The notes under the pieces were generated by a model, which was given only the letters and a program-made list of their open reading frames with translations, had not been told where the DNA came from and did not search any database. From NCBI GenBank assembly GCA_045648505.1, contig JAZROD010000056.1, positions 4,865 through 68,864 on the forward strand: a DNA stretch of 64,000 nucleotides, given 5' to 3'. Positions within the stretch are counted from its first letter, which is position 1. Each line of letters opens with the position of its first letter. This document shows, one piece after another, positions 55,511 through 64,000 of the stretch. A program made the position numbers and the translations under genes. This DNA is from Clostridia bacterium. Its GTDB lineage: Bacteria > Bacillota > Clostridia > RGIG6154.

Positions 55511-56454
55511 TGCTGAAAATTGGCAGTTTAAAGTTAGACGGTAATGTAATCCTCGGCCCTATGGCGGGGGTTACGGATCTGCCGTTTCGTATTGTTTGCA
55601 AAAAATATGGGTGTGCAATGGTTTGCAGTGAGATGATTTCTTCAAGAGCCTTGCACTATGAGGACAAGAAAACCTACAAGTTGCTTGAAACCGACGAAAG
55701 AGAAACACCTTTATCGGTGCAGATTTTCGGTTCAGAGCCTGACCTTATGGCACAAGCGGCAGAAAAAATCGAAAAGATGCAGATTGCATCTGTGATTGAT
55801 ATCAATATGGGTTGTCCTGCTCCTAAAATCGTAAACAATAATGACGGTTCTGCATTAATGAAAGACATAGAGCTTTCTTCAAAAATTATTAAGGCAGTCA
55901 GGGGTGCAACATCTCTTCCTTTAACAGTTAAATTCAGAAAAGGTTGGGAAGTAGGAAGTGAAAACTATCTTGATTTTGGTCTTATGTGTCAGCAGTGTGG
56001 TGCAGATGCGGTAACTCTTCACGGCAGAACAAGAACGCAGTATTATTCAGGCAAGGCAGATTGGGATGCAATTAAAAATCTCAAGCAAAAGCTTTTAATA
56101 CCCGTAATCGGTAACGGTGATGTTTTTAAATATGAAGACATACAGAAAATGATTGACTATACAGGTTGCGATGGTGTTATGATTGCCCGTGGTTCTCTCG
56201 GAAATCCTTTTATCTTTTCAAATAAGCAAGTTTCAAAGCAAGAGGTTATAGAAACTGCTCTTGAGCATTTGGAACTTATGGTTAAGGTTAAAGGCGAGCA
56301 TATCGGAATGCTGGAAGCGAGAAAGCATATGGCGTGGTATGTTAAAGGAATGCACGGAGCGGCACGAATTAAAGATATGATAAATTCCATATCGAAATTT
56401 GATGATATGAAGAATCTTATGACAAGTCTTTTGGAGGAAAAATATGAGTATTAA
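55510..56454 (+). CDS. dusB: tRNA-dihydrouridine synthase
   Basis: [24 protein letters not shown]-binding TIM barrel with catalytic Cys in [10 protein letters not shown]. 1-nt overlap with the upstream stop codon. Confidence 0.85.
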   Translation: MLKIGSLKLDGNVILGPMAGVTDLPFRIVCKKYGCAMVCSEMISSRALHYEDKKTYKLLETDERETPLSVQIFGSEPDLMAQAAEKIEKMQIASVIDINMGCPAPKIVNNNDGSALMKDIELSSKIIKAVRGATSLPLTVKFRKGWEVGSENYLDFGLMCQQCGADAVTLHGRTRTQYYSGKADWDAIKNLKQKLLIPVIGNGDVFKYEDIQKMIDYTGCDGVMIARGSLGNPFIFSNKQVSKQEVIETALEHLELMVKVKGEHIGMLEARKHMAWYVKGMHGAARIKDMINSISKFDDMKNLMTSLLEEKYEY

Positions 56455-57151
56455 ATACAAAAGAGTAATATTGAAAATCAGCGGTGAAGCTTTAGCCGGA
56501 GAAAACGGTTTTGGTTTCGATTTTAATACAGTTGATTCAATTTGCGAACAGGTTAAAGAATGCGTTAAACTTGGCGCAGAAGTTGCAATCGTTGTAGGCG
56601 GAGGTAATTTCTGGAGAGGAAGAAGTGGCAAGGGTATGGACAGAACAAGAGCAGACCATATGGGTATGCTTGCAACTGTTATCAACTCTCTTGCACTTGC
56701 AGATTCTTTAGAAAGCAAAGGCGTTCCTACAAGAGTGCAGACTGCTATTGAAATGAGACAGATTGCAGAGCCATACATAAGAGGCAAGGCAGTAAGACAC
56801 CTTGAAAAGAGCAGAGTTGTAATTTTTGCCTGCGGTTCAGGTAACCCATTCTTCTCAACAGATACAGCTGCAGCATTAAGAGCGGCAGAAATCGGAGCAG
56901 ATGTTATTCTTCTTGCCAAGAAGGTTGACGCAGTTTATGACAGTGATCCTAATGTAAATCCAAATGCAGTTAAATATGACGAGCTTGAATTTATCAGAGT
57001 TTTAAACGAAAGACTTGGCGTTATGGACTCAACTGCAGCATCACTTTGTATGGATAACGATATTCCAATTCTTGTATTTGGACTTGACAAGCCTGAAAAT
57101 ATCGTAAGAGCACTTAAAGGCGAAAATCTTGGAACAGTAATTCATAACTGA
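56444..57151 (+). CDS. pyrH: UMP kinase
   Basis: [15 protein letters not shown] and VGGGNFWRG motifs. 235 aa. Confidence 0.9.
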   Translation: MSIKYKRVILKISGEALAGENGFGFDFNTVDSICEQVKECVKLGAEVAIVVGGGNFWRGRSGKGMDRTRADHMGMLATVINSLALADSLESKGVPTRVQTAIEMRQIAEPYIRGKAVRHLEKSRVVIFACGSGNPFFSTDTAAALRAAEIGADVILLAKKVDAVYDSDPNVNPNAVKYDELEFIRVLNERLGVMDSTAASLCMDNDIPILVFGLDKPENIVRALKGENLGTVIHN

Positions 57152-57170
57152 TAAGAAAGGGAGATATAAT

Positions 57171-57725
57171 ATGAAAGAACAGTATAAAGCTATTCAGGAA
57201 AAAATGGATAAGAGCATTAATGCAATGCTTAATGAATTTGCAGCTATAAGAGCAGGTAGAGCAAATCCTGCACTTTTAGACAAAATCACAGTAGATTACT
57301 ATGGCGCAGCTACACCTGTACCACAGGTTGGAACAGTTTCAGTTCCTGAAGCAAGAACAATAGTAATTCAGCCATGGGATGCTTCAATTATCAAAGAAAT
57401 TGAAAAAGCAATTCTTGCTTCTGATTTAGGTTTAACACCAAACAACGATGGTAAAGTTATCAGACTTAACTTCCCACCGCTTACAGAAGAAAGAAGAAAA
57501 GAAATTGTTAAACAGATTAAGAAAATTTCTGAAGATACAAAAGTTTCAATCAGAAACATCAGAAGAGATTCAATTGAAAACTTCAAGAAAGCTCTTAAAA
57601 ATAAAGAAATCACAGAAGATGATATGAAAGCTGCTGAAAAAGATATTCAGGATATTACAGATAAATCTGTAGCTGAAATCGATAAGCTTACAAAGAAGAA
57701 AGAGGATGAAATCCTTGAAGTATGA
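57171..57725 (+). CDS. frr: Ribosome recycling factor
   Basis: 184 aa. MLNEFAAIRAGRANPALLD and RNIRRDS motifs typical of RRF. Confidence 0.9.
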   Translation: MKEQYKAIQEKMDKSINAMLNEFAAIRAGRANPALLDKITVDYYGAATPVPQVGTVSVPEARTIVIQPWDASIIKEIEKAILASDLGLTPNNDGKVIRLNFPPLTEERRKEIVKQIKKISEDTKVSIRNIRRDSIENFKKALKNKEITEDDMKAAEKDIQDITDKSVAEIDKLTKKKEDEILEV

Positions 57726-58434
57726 GCTTGATATGAATAATATCCCTGAGCATATCGGCATAATTATGGATGGAAACGGCAGATTTGCCAAAAGACAGGG
57801 CTTAAGCAGAAGCGAAGGCCATAAAGCGGGAGCAGAAAAGCTTGTTGAAATCTCAAATTACTGCACAACTCTCGGGGTAAAATACCTTACTGTTTATGCT
57901 TTTTCAACAGAAAACTGGAAAAGACCTAAAGAAGAAGTTAAAGGTATAATGAAGCTTCTTCATTCCTATTTAACAGACTGGAAAAAGTATTTTGGCGGTA
58001 AACATTCAAGAATGAATGTAATTGGTGATATTAACGACCTTGAAGCAGGGCTTCAGAGTCTTATAAAGTATGTTGCAAAAGAAACAAAAGATGAGGTTAA
58101 GCACACAATTAACTTTGCCATTTGTTATGGCGGCAGAGCCGAAATTATCAATGCAACAAAATCAATAGCCGAAAAAGTGAAAAAAGGTGAGCTTGAACTT
58201 TCTGATATAAATGAAGAAATGTTCAGTGAATACCTTTATACAAAAGGCTTTCCTGACCCTGATTTAATAATAAGACCGGGCGGGGAGTTGCGCTTAAGTA
58301 ATTTCTTAACCTGGCAATCTGCATACAGCGAGCTTTGGTTCTGTGATGCACTTTGGCCTGAATTTACTACAGATGACCTTGACAAGGCTATTTATGATTA
58401 TCAAAACAGACACAGACGCTTCGGCGGTCTGTAA
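57706..58434 (+). CDS. uppS: Isoprenyl transferase (undecaprenyl-diphosphate synthase)
   Basis: HIGIIMDGNGRFA, SEGHKAGAEK and FSTENWKRP are cis-prenyltransferase motifs. The exact start is uncertain: ATG 57706 lies immediately adjacent to its RBS, so TTG 57715 or ATG 57733 are alternatives. Confidence 0.85.
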   Translation: MKSLKYELDMNNIPEHIGIIMDGNGRFAKRQGLSRSEGHKAGAEKLVEISNYCTTLGVKYLTVYAFSTENWKRPKEEVKGIMKLLHSYLTDWKKYFGGKHSRMNVIGDINDLEAGLQSLIKYVAKETKDEVKHTINFAICYGGRAEIINATKSIAEKVKKGELELSDINEEMFSEYLYTKGFPDPDLIIRPGGELRLSNFLTWQSAYSELWFCDALWPEFTTDDLDKAIYDYQNRHRRFGGL

Positions 58435-58451
58435 TTAAGGCGGTATAATAA

Positions 58452-59249
58452 GTGAAAACAAGAATAATAACCGGTTGTTTAATCGGGATTTTGGTAATAT
58501 TTTTAATATTTTCAAATATTACAGTATTTAATATTGCATACATAGCGGCATCGGCAGTTATTATGTTTGAGCTTCTTCACGCGGGGGAATCAGATATTTC
58601 TGCATACATTGTAAATATTTTATTTACTCTTCTTTATGTGGTAACTCACGCATATTTTTCAGAATATCAGCCATATATTTTGCCGGTTTATTTGCTTGCA
58701 ATTTTTACTGTGCATATTTTCAGATTTTCAAAATTTACGGTTAATAAGTTATTTTACACAGTTTTCACATTTGTTTATGTAAATGTACTGATATCATATC
58801 TTGCGGATATAAAATATTTCGCAAATTATGGCTCATTTATGCTTTTAATGTTTGTAGCTACAGTAGTATTCAGTGACACATTTGCTTATTTTATCGGTGT
58901 TACATGGGGAAAACATAAGCTTTGTCCTCATATAAGTCCTAAAAAAACAATTGAAGGTTCAGTTGGTGCATTTTTAGGTGCGATAATTGTTTCTGTTTTA
59001 GTTGCGGTTATCTATAATAGCATAAACATTCCTGTAAGCTATATATGGGCAATAATTTATGGTGTTGTATGTGGCGGTATTTCACAGATTGGTGATTTAC
59101 TTGCTTCATCAATCAAAAGATATTTTGATATTAAAGACTATGGAGATGTATTACCCGGTCACGGAGGAATTATGGATAGACTTGATTCTATTCTTCTGGT
59201 TGCACCTGTGTTTTATTTCTTCTTATCTAACTTTTTATATATCGGATAA
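58452..59249 (+). CDS. cdsA: Phosphatidate cytidylyltransferase
   Basis: GTG start. 8 TM helices. CDS signature SDTFAYFIGVTWGKHKL...SPKKTIEGSVGAF...GDLLASSIKR...KDYGDVLPGHGGIMDRLDS. Confidence 0.85.
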   Translation: MKTRIITGCLIGILVIFLIFSNITVFNIAYIAASAVIMFELLHAGESDISAYIVNILFTLLYVVTHAYFSEYQPYILPVYLLAIFTVHIFRFSKFTVNKLFYTVFTFVYVNVLISYLADIKYFANYGSFMLLMFVATVVFSDTFAYFIGVTWGKHKLCPHISPKKTIEGSVGAFLGAIIVSVLVAVIYNSINIPVSYIWAIIYGVVCGGISQIGDLLASSIKRYFDIKDYGDVLPGHGGIMDRLDSILLVAPVFYFFLSNFLYIG

Positions 59250-59257
59250 GTGGTATT

Positions 59258-60418
59258 ATGAAAAAATTATGTATACTTGGAGCTACGGGCTCAGTCGGCA
59301 CTCAATCACTTGATGTTGTTGACAGACAAAACGATAAATTTGCTGTTTGCGGTTTAACTGCAAACAGCAATATTAACTTACTGGAACAACAAATAAGAAA
59401 GTATAAGCCTTTGAAAGCAGCAGTTGCAGACGAGGCTTTATTTAAAACTCTTAAAAATAATGTATCAGATTGCTCAACTAAAATTCTCTGCGGAGAAGAA
59501 GGTGTAGTAGAGGTTGCCTCAATGAATGAATCTGATATTGTTGTTTCATCTATTGTGGGTGTGGCAGGGTTAAAGCCAACCCTTGCAGCCATTAACGCTA
59601 AAAAAGATATTGCTCTTGCCAATAAGGAAACAATGGTAACTGCAGGTCAGCTTGTGTGTGAAAAAGCACAGGAAAACAATGTTAAAATACTTCCTGTTGA
59701 CAGTGAACACAGTGCAATTTTCCAGTGCCTTATGTCAGGTGAAAATAAAAATGTAAACAGAATTATTTTAACCTGTTCAGGCGGTCCTTTTTTTGGTAAA
59801 GATATTGACTTCCTTAAAAATGTAAAGCCTGAAGATGCACTTAAACACCCAAACTGGAGTATGGGACAGAAAATAACCATAGATTCTGCTACACTTATGA
59901 ACAAAGGGCTTGAATTTATTGAGGCGAAATGGCTTTTTGATGTACCAACTGATAAAATTGACATTCTTGTTCACAGACAAAGTGTTATTCACTCAATGGT
60001 TGAATTTTCAGATGGTGCGGTTATTGCACAACTTGGTGAGCCTGATATGAGAGTTCCTATCAGTGTTGCAATCAATTACCCTGAAAGAGAAATAATTAAG
60101 GATTATAAACCTTTTGATTTTATAAAGAATAACAATTTAACCTTTGCACTTCCTGATGAAGATACATTCAAGTGCTTAAAGCTTGCAAAACATTCCATTT
60201 CTGTAGGCGGAACACTTCCTGCATATCTTAACGGTGCAAACGAAATGGCAGTTGAATTGTTTCTAAAGAAAAAAATCTCTTTTACAGATATCGGAGATAT
60301 AATAGAAGAAAGTATGAATAAGTGTAATGTTATTAAAGATTACACACTTGATGATGTGTTTGAAGCTGATAAATCAGCCAGAGAAAATGTATTAAGCATT
60401 TATGGAGGTCAGAATTGA
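59258..60418 (+). CDS. dxr: 1-deoxy-D-xylulose 5-phosphate reductoisomerase
   Basis: MKKLCILGATGSVGTQSLDVV NADPH-binding N-terminus. LANKETMV and ILPVDSEHSAIFQC motifs. 386 aa. Confidence 0.9.
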   Translation: MKKLCILGATGSVGTQSLDVVDRQNDKFAVCGLTANSNINLLEQQIRKYKPLKAAVADEALFKTLKNNVSDCSTKILCGEEGVVEVASMNESDIVVSSIVGVAGLKPTLAAINAKKDIALANKETMVTAGQLVCEKAQENNVKILPVDSEHSAIFQCLMSGENKNVNRIILTCSGGPFFGKDIDFLKNVKPEDALKHPNWSMGQKITIDSATLMNKGLEFIEAKWLFDVPTDKIDILVHRQSVIHSMVEFSDGAVIAQLGEPDMRVPISVAINYPEREIIKDYKPFDFIKNNNLTFALPDEDTFKCLKLAKHSISVGGTLPAYLNGANEMAVELFLKKKISFTDIGDIIEESMNKCNVIKDYTLDDVFEADKSARENVLSIYGGQN

Positions 60419-61419
60419 TAATAACAATACTTGCATCTGTTTTAGTTTTTGGATTGCTTATAGGTGTTCACGAATTTGGTCATCTTATTGCCGCAAAACT
60501 TTGCAAAATCAGGGTTTATGAATTTGCAATAGGTATGGGACCTAAAATTTTCTCTTTTGAAAAAGGCGGAACAAAATACGCCCTTCGTATTTTGCCTATC
60601 GGCGGTTATTGTAATATGAACGAAGATGTTGAATCGGCAAATGAAGATGCCTTTGGAAATAAAGGACCGTGGCAAAGAATGTTTGTTCTTGCTTCAGGTG
60701 CCATTATGAATCTTATTCTTGGTTTTCTGGTTCTTTGCATATTACTTGGTATGCCAAAAGAGATAGTAACAAATCGTGTTGGGGAAGTTCTTGAAGAAGC
60801 ACCTGCATATACACAAGGTCTTAAAGCTGATGATGAAATTATCAAAATAAACAAAGTAAGAACCAACCTTGTTGATGACATTTACTTTGAAATGAGTTAT
60901 GCCGACGGAAGTGATATAGCTTTAACAGTTTTAAGAAACGGTGAAAAAGTAAATTTAACAATCACACCTCATAAAAATGAAAACGGCAAATATATTTTAG
61001 GCTACAGACCCAAAATTGAACAGAACAGTTTTTTAAAAGTTATAAGAAATTCTTTCTTTTACAGTATTTATATTTCAAAAGCAGTTCTTGTTTCTTTAAA
61101 AGATATGGTAACAGGCAGAGTTGCATTGAATCAGATGTCAGGTCCTGTTGGTATAGTTAAAGAAATAGGAAATGCGGCAAAAATGGGATTTGAAAGTCTT
61201 CTTAATTTAATAGCGTTGATTACAATCAATTTAGGACTTTTCAATCTGCTTCCGTTTCCTGCCCTTGATGGTGGAAGAATTGTTTTTGTTCTTTATGAAC
61301 TTATTACAAGAAAAAAAGTTCCCATCAGTGCAGAAGCGGTGGTACATTTTATAGGTCTTGCACTGCTTTTGATTGTTATGCTGATTGTAACTTTCAGCGA
61401 TTTAGGTTTTTTAGGATAA
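60415..61419 (+). CDS. rseP: RIP site-2 zinc metalloprotease RseP/RasP
   Basis: TTG start with GGAGGT RBS. HEFGHLIAAK is the HExxH motif inside the first TM segment. PDZ domain present. LDG motif NLLPFPALDGGRIVF. Confidence 0.85.
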   Translation: MIITILASVLVFGLLIGVHEFGHLIAAKLCKIRVYEFAIGMGPKIFSFEKGGTKYALRILPIGGYCNMNEDVESANEDAFGNKGPWQRMFVLASGAIMNLILGFLVLCILLGMPKEIVTNRVGEVLEEAPAYTQGLKADDEIIKINKVRTNLVDDIYFEMSYADGSDIALTVLRNGEKVNLTITPHKNENGKYILGYRPKIEQNSFLKVIRNSFFYSIYISKAVLVSLKDMVTGRVALNQMSGPVGIVKEIGNAAKMGFESLLNLIALITINLGLFNLLPFPALDGGRIVFVLYELITRKKVPISAEAVVHFIGLALLLIVMLIVTFSDLGFLG

Positions 61420-61434
61420 GAAAGGTGATGAAAA

Positions 61435-62484
61435 ATGGCATCTGAAAAGAGTATTTTAATAGGAAATGTTAAAATAGGCGGTGGTGCACCTGTTGCAATC
61501 CAGTCTATGACAAATACTAAAACAAATAATGTTGAAGCAACAGTTAATCAGATAAAACAGCTGGAAAAAGCAGGCTGCGAAATCGTAAGAGTTACTGTGC
61601 CTGATATGGACTCTGCTTATGCCATTGATAAAATCAAAGAAAAAATCAATATTCCTTTGGTAGCAGACATTCATTTTGATTATAAAATTGCCCTTGAATG
61701 TATAGACAGAGGGATAGATAAAGTAAGAATAAATCCGGGTAATATCGGTGACAGAGCAAATGTAAGAACACTTGCAAAAAAAGCAAACGAAAAGAATATT
61801 CCAATAAGAATAGGGGTAAATTCAGGCTCTATTGATAAAGATATTCTAGCAAAATATAATGAAGTAACACCTGATGCAATGGTTGAAAGTGCAATTAGAG
61901 AAATTAAAGTTCTTGAAGAATGTGATTTTGAAAATATAGCTCTTTCACTTAAAGCATCTGATGTTACAAAAACAGTTTCAGCTTACAGGAAAATAAGTGA
62001 AATGGTAAAATATCCTCTTCACATTGGCGTTACAGAGGCAGGTACAGAATACGGCGGACTTGTAAAGTCTTCTGTAGGACTTGGAAGCTTACTTCTTGAC
62101 AATATTGGCGACACAATAAGGGTTTCTTTAACTGCGGACCCTGTGAGAGAAATATATGCGGCTAAAGAAATTCTGAAAGCAACAGGAAAGTATAAAAAAG
62201 GCGTGCAGATTGTTTCTTGTCCAACTTGCGGAAGATGTAACTACAACCTTGTTGAAATTGTAAATAAGCTTGAACCAATGGTTAAAGATGTTGAAAAAAC
62301 TATTAAAATAGCAGTTATGGGCTGTGTTGTTAACGGACCGGGAGAAGCGAAAGATGCGGATTTTGGTGTTGCAGGCGGTCTTAATGAGTGTATCTTCTTC
62401 AGAAAAGGTACATACGAAAAGAAGATTCAGTTTGAAGATGTAATAAATGTAATTTTGGAAGAAATAGAAAAATTTGAGGCATAA
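61435..62484 (+). CDS. ispG: 4-hydroxy-3-methylbut-2-enyl diphosphate synthase (GcpE)
   Basis: IGNVKIGGGAPVAIQSMTNTKT N-terminus. C-terminal 4Fe-4S ligands CPTCGRC...C. 349 aa. Confidence 0.9.
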   Translation: MASEKSILIGNVKIGGGAPVAIQSMTNTKTNNVEATVNQIKQLEKAGCEIVRVTVPDMDSAYAIDKIKEKINIPLVADIHFDYKIALECIDRGIDKVRINPGNIGDRANVRTLAKKANEKNIPIRIGVNSGSIDKDILAKYNEVTPDAMVESAIREIKVLEECDFENIALSLKASDVTKTVSAYRKISEMVKYPLHIGVTEAGTEYGGLVKSSVGLGSLLLDNIGDTIRVSLTADPVREIYAAKEILKATGKYKKGVQIVSCPTCGRCNYNLVEIVNKLEPMVKDVEKTIKIAVMGCVVNGPGEAKDADFGVAGGLNECIFFRKGTYEKKIQFEDVINVILEEIEKFEA

Positions 62485-62487
62485 AGA

Positions 62488-64000
62488 ATGGATTTTATTA
62501 AATTGTTCAGCGATGTTCCCGTATCACCTGTTATGCTTGTAACAAAGGTTGAAGATGTGAAGCTTTCAACAACCACAGGAACATTAAAAATAAAACTTAA
62601 TATTCCATACGATTTTTCGGATGAAGATAAGACTGCAATTGAAACTGCAGTCTTAAAAGCATATCCGGTAAATAAATTGGAAATTGAATATAAAGTACAT
62701 AACGAGAAAAAAGAAAGTCCTGTAATTTGTGGTGCAAATCTTAAAGACGAAGTAATAGAAAAAATTAAAAATATAGACCAGTATTACGGGGAAGTAACAA
62801 TAGAAGGCAAAATTATTGCCACAGATGAAAGAGAAACAAAGAAGGGTAATATCCTTTTTAAATTTGATATAACAGATAAAACATCATCAATAAGCTGTAA
62901 AATGATATCATCAAACAGAGCATATTCAAAAGATATCATTTCAAAAGCAGACCTTAAAGATAAAGTTATTCCAAGAATTAAAAAAGGTGCTTATGTAAGA
63001 GTTAAGGGAACAGCATCTTTTGATACCTTTGATAACGAAGTTAATATTATGGCAAATTCCATTATGGTGGCAGAAGAGCCTAAAAAAGAGGATACTTATC
63101 CTGAAAAGAGAGTAGAGCTTCACCTTCACACCAAAATGAGCGCAATGGACGCTCTTATAGAAGTTGATGATGTTGTTAAAAGAGCATCCCAGTGGGGTCA
63201 TAAAGCTATTGCAATCACAGACCACGGTGTTGTTCAGGCGTATCCTGATGCTCAGGATGCAGGAAAGAAATACGGAGTAAAGATTATTTACGGTATTGAG
63301 TGCTATCTTGTGGATGATGCAATAAACATTGTTTCAAAAGAAGATAATTCAACTTTTGCAGATGATTTTGTTATATTTGATGTTGTTGCAACAGGCAACA
63401 GCCCTGTAACAAATCATATACTTCAGCTTTCTGCAACAAAAATTTCTGACGGTCAGCCAGTTGAATACTTTGATAAGTTTGTAAAAGTACCTGAAAGTGC
63501 AATCACATCATCTGTTACAGAGCTTACAGGTATAACTGCCGATAGTTTAAGAAATGCAGAAGATGTTGAAACTGTAATTAAAGAGTTTCTTATGTTTGCA
63601 GGCGGGGCACCTGTTATAACATTTAACTCCAATTTAAATACAGGCTTTATTAAATACCACGCATCTAAAATGGACAAGCAGTTTGAAAATACTGTACTTG
63701 ATCTTCAGGAGTTAAGCAAAGCAACCTTTACTGAAATCAAAAAGTTTTCTCTTACAGCGGTTGCAAAACAGGCAGGCATTGTGCTTGAAGGCTTCCACAG
63801 AGGAAATGAGTATGTTGGTATTTATCAGAAAATCTTTAATAAGCTTGTTGATATTTTAGCTCTTAATAATGTAACCTCACTTGACCAGATAAATAGTCAT
63901 TTTAAATGTGATGACCATACAAAGATGGGTTATTATCACGCTATTATTCTTGTTAAAAATCAGACAGGTATGAAAAATCTTTATAAGATTATTTCGGATT
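62488..64000 (+). CDS. polC: DNA polymerase III PolC-type, N-terminal part (gene continues beyond the window end)
   Basis: ATG 62488. MDFIKLFSDV N-terminus. OB-fold domain and the start of the PHP domain (ELHLHTKMSAMDAL, ITDHGVVQAYPDA). The frame is open to position 64000. Gene order ispG-polC is conserved in Firmicutes. Confidence 0.85.
   Translation, partial: MDFIKLFSDVPVSPVMLVTKVEDVKLSTTTGTLKIKLNIPYDFSDEDKTAIETAVLKAYPVNKLEIEYKVHNEKKESPVICGANLKDEVIEKIKNIDQYYGEVTIEGKIIATDERETKKGNILFKFDITDKTSSISCKMISSNRAYSKDIISKADLKDKVIPRIKKGAYVRVKGTASFDTFDNEVNIMANSIMVAEEPKKEDTYPEKRVELHLHTKMSAMDALIEVDDVVKRASQWGHKAIAITDHGVVQAYPDAQDAGKKYGVKIIYGIECYLVDDAINIVSKEDNSTFADDFVIFDVVATGNSPVTNHILQLSATKISDGQPVEYFDKFVKVPESAITSSVTELTGITADSLRNAEDVETVIKEFLMFAGGAPVITFNSNLNTGFIKYHASKMDKQFENTVLDLQELSKATFTEIKKFSLTAVAKQAGIVLEGFHRGNEYVGIYQKIFNKLVDILALNNVTSLDQINSHFKCDDHTKMGYYHAIILVKNQTGMKNLYKIISD

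Noticed and set aside
56233-56919. 228-aa ORF on the minus strand
   Set aside because: It is antisense to the dusB 3' end and pyrH. It has no RBS, and the sense-strand genes are unambiguous.
1-64000. CRISPR arrays, rRNA, tRNA genes, transposases or integrases
   Set aside because: No short direct-repeat arrays with regular spacers, no rRNA-like or tRNA-like sequences, and no DDE/tyrosine-recombinase-like ORFs were seen. Intergenic regions are short and are accounted for by promoters, leaders and terminators.

Overview
This is a 64 kb chromosomal window from a low-GC Gram-positive bacterium, most likely a Clostridia (Ruminococcaceae/Oscillospiraceae-like) gut anaerobe; I infer this from A/T-rich codon usage, GTG/TTG starts and gene order. 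Most of it is housekeeping. The right end holds the classic Firmicutes block pyrH-frr-uppS-cdsA-dxr-rseP-ispG-polC (polC runs off the window). The window also has ileS, dusB, polA, coaE, pheS/pheT behind a Phe T-box leader, pflB/pflA behind a ZTP (pfl-motif) riboswitch, and a queT transporter behind a preQ1-type leader. The left end starts inside a cupin/acyl-CoA-synthetase fusion ORF, followed by a GNAT and a membrane protein. A minus-strand operon then carries two ABC half-transporter genes (a heterodimeric exporter with one degenerate ATP site) and tex. Most unusual features:

- **Giant surface protein (9411..17954).** An intact 8.5 kb gene encodes a 2847-aa secreted, acidic, Tyr-rich modular protein. 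It has tandem beta-sandwich repeats, Listeria-Bacteroides-type repeats, two Cys-rich modules and CARDB-like repeats. No recognisable anchor, dockerin or sortase motif is present. It is transcribed divergently from the ABC exporter operon.
- **Orphan phage-like module (32228..34955).** Three translationally coupled genes encode a BppU-N/BspA-LRR protein, a tail-fibre-like protein and an amidase_2 lysin. There is no holin and no other phage gene. It is followed by an independently promoted Pol-beta-superfamily nucleotidyltransferase.
- **Small peptide pair (51583..52042).** A 26-aa hydrophobic peptide plus a small multi-pass membrane protein, both with strong ribosome-binding sites, sit between a D-Ala-D-Ala carboxypeptidase and ileS.
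- **Promoters.** Several genes have near-perfect TTGACA-N17-TATAAT promoters.

No rRNA, tRNA, CRISPR array, transposase or integrase was recognised. All calls are from reading the sequence and ORF translations; no database search was run.
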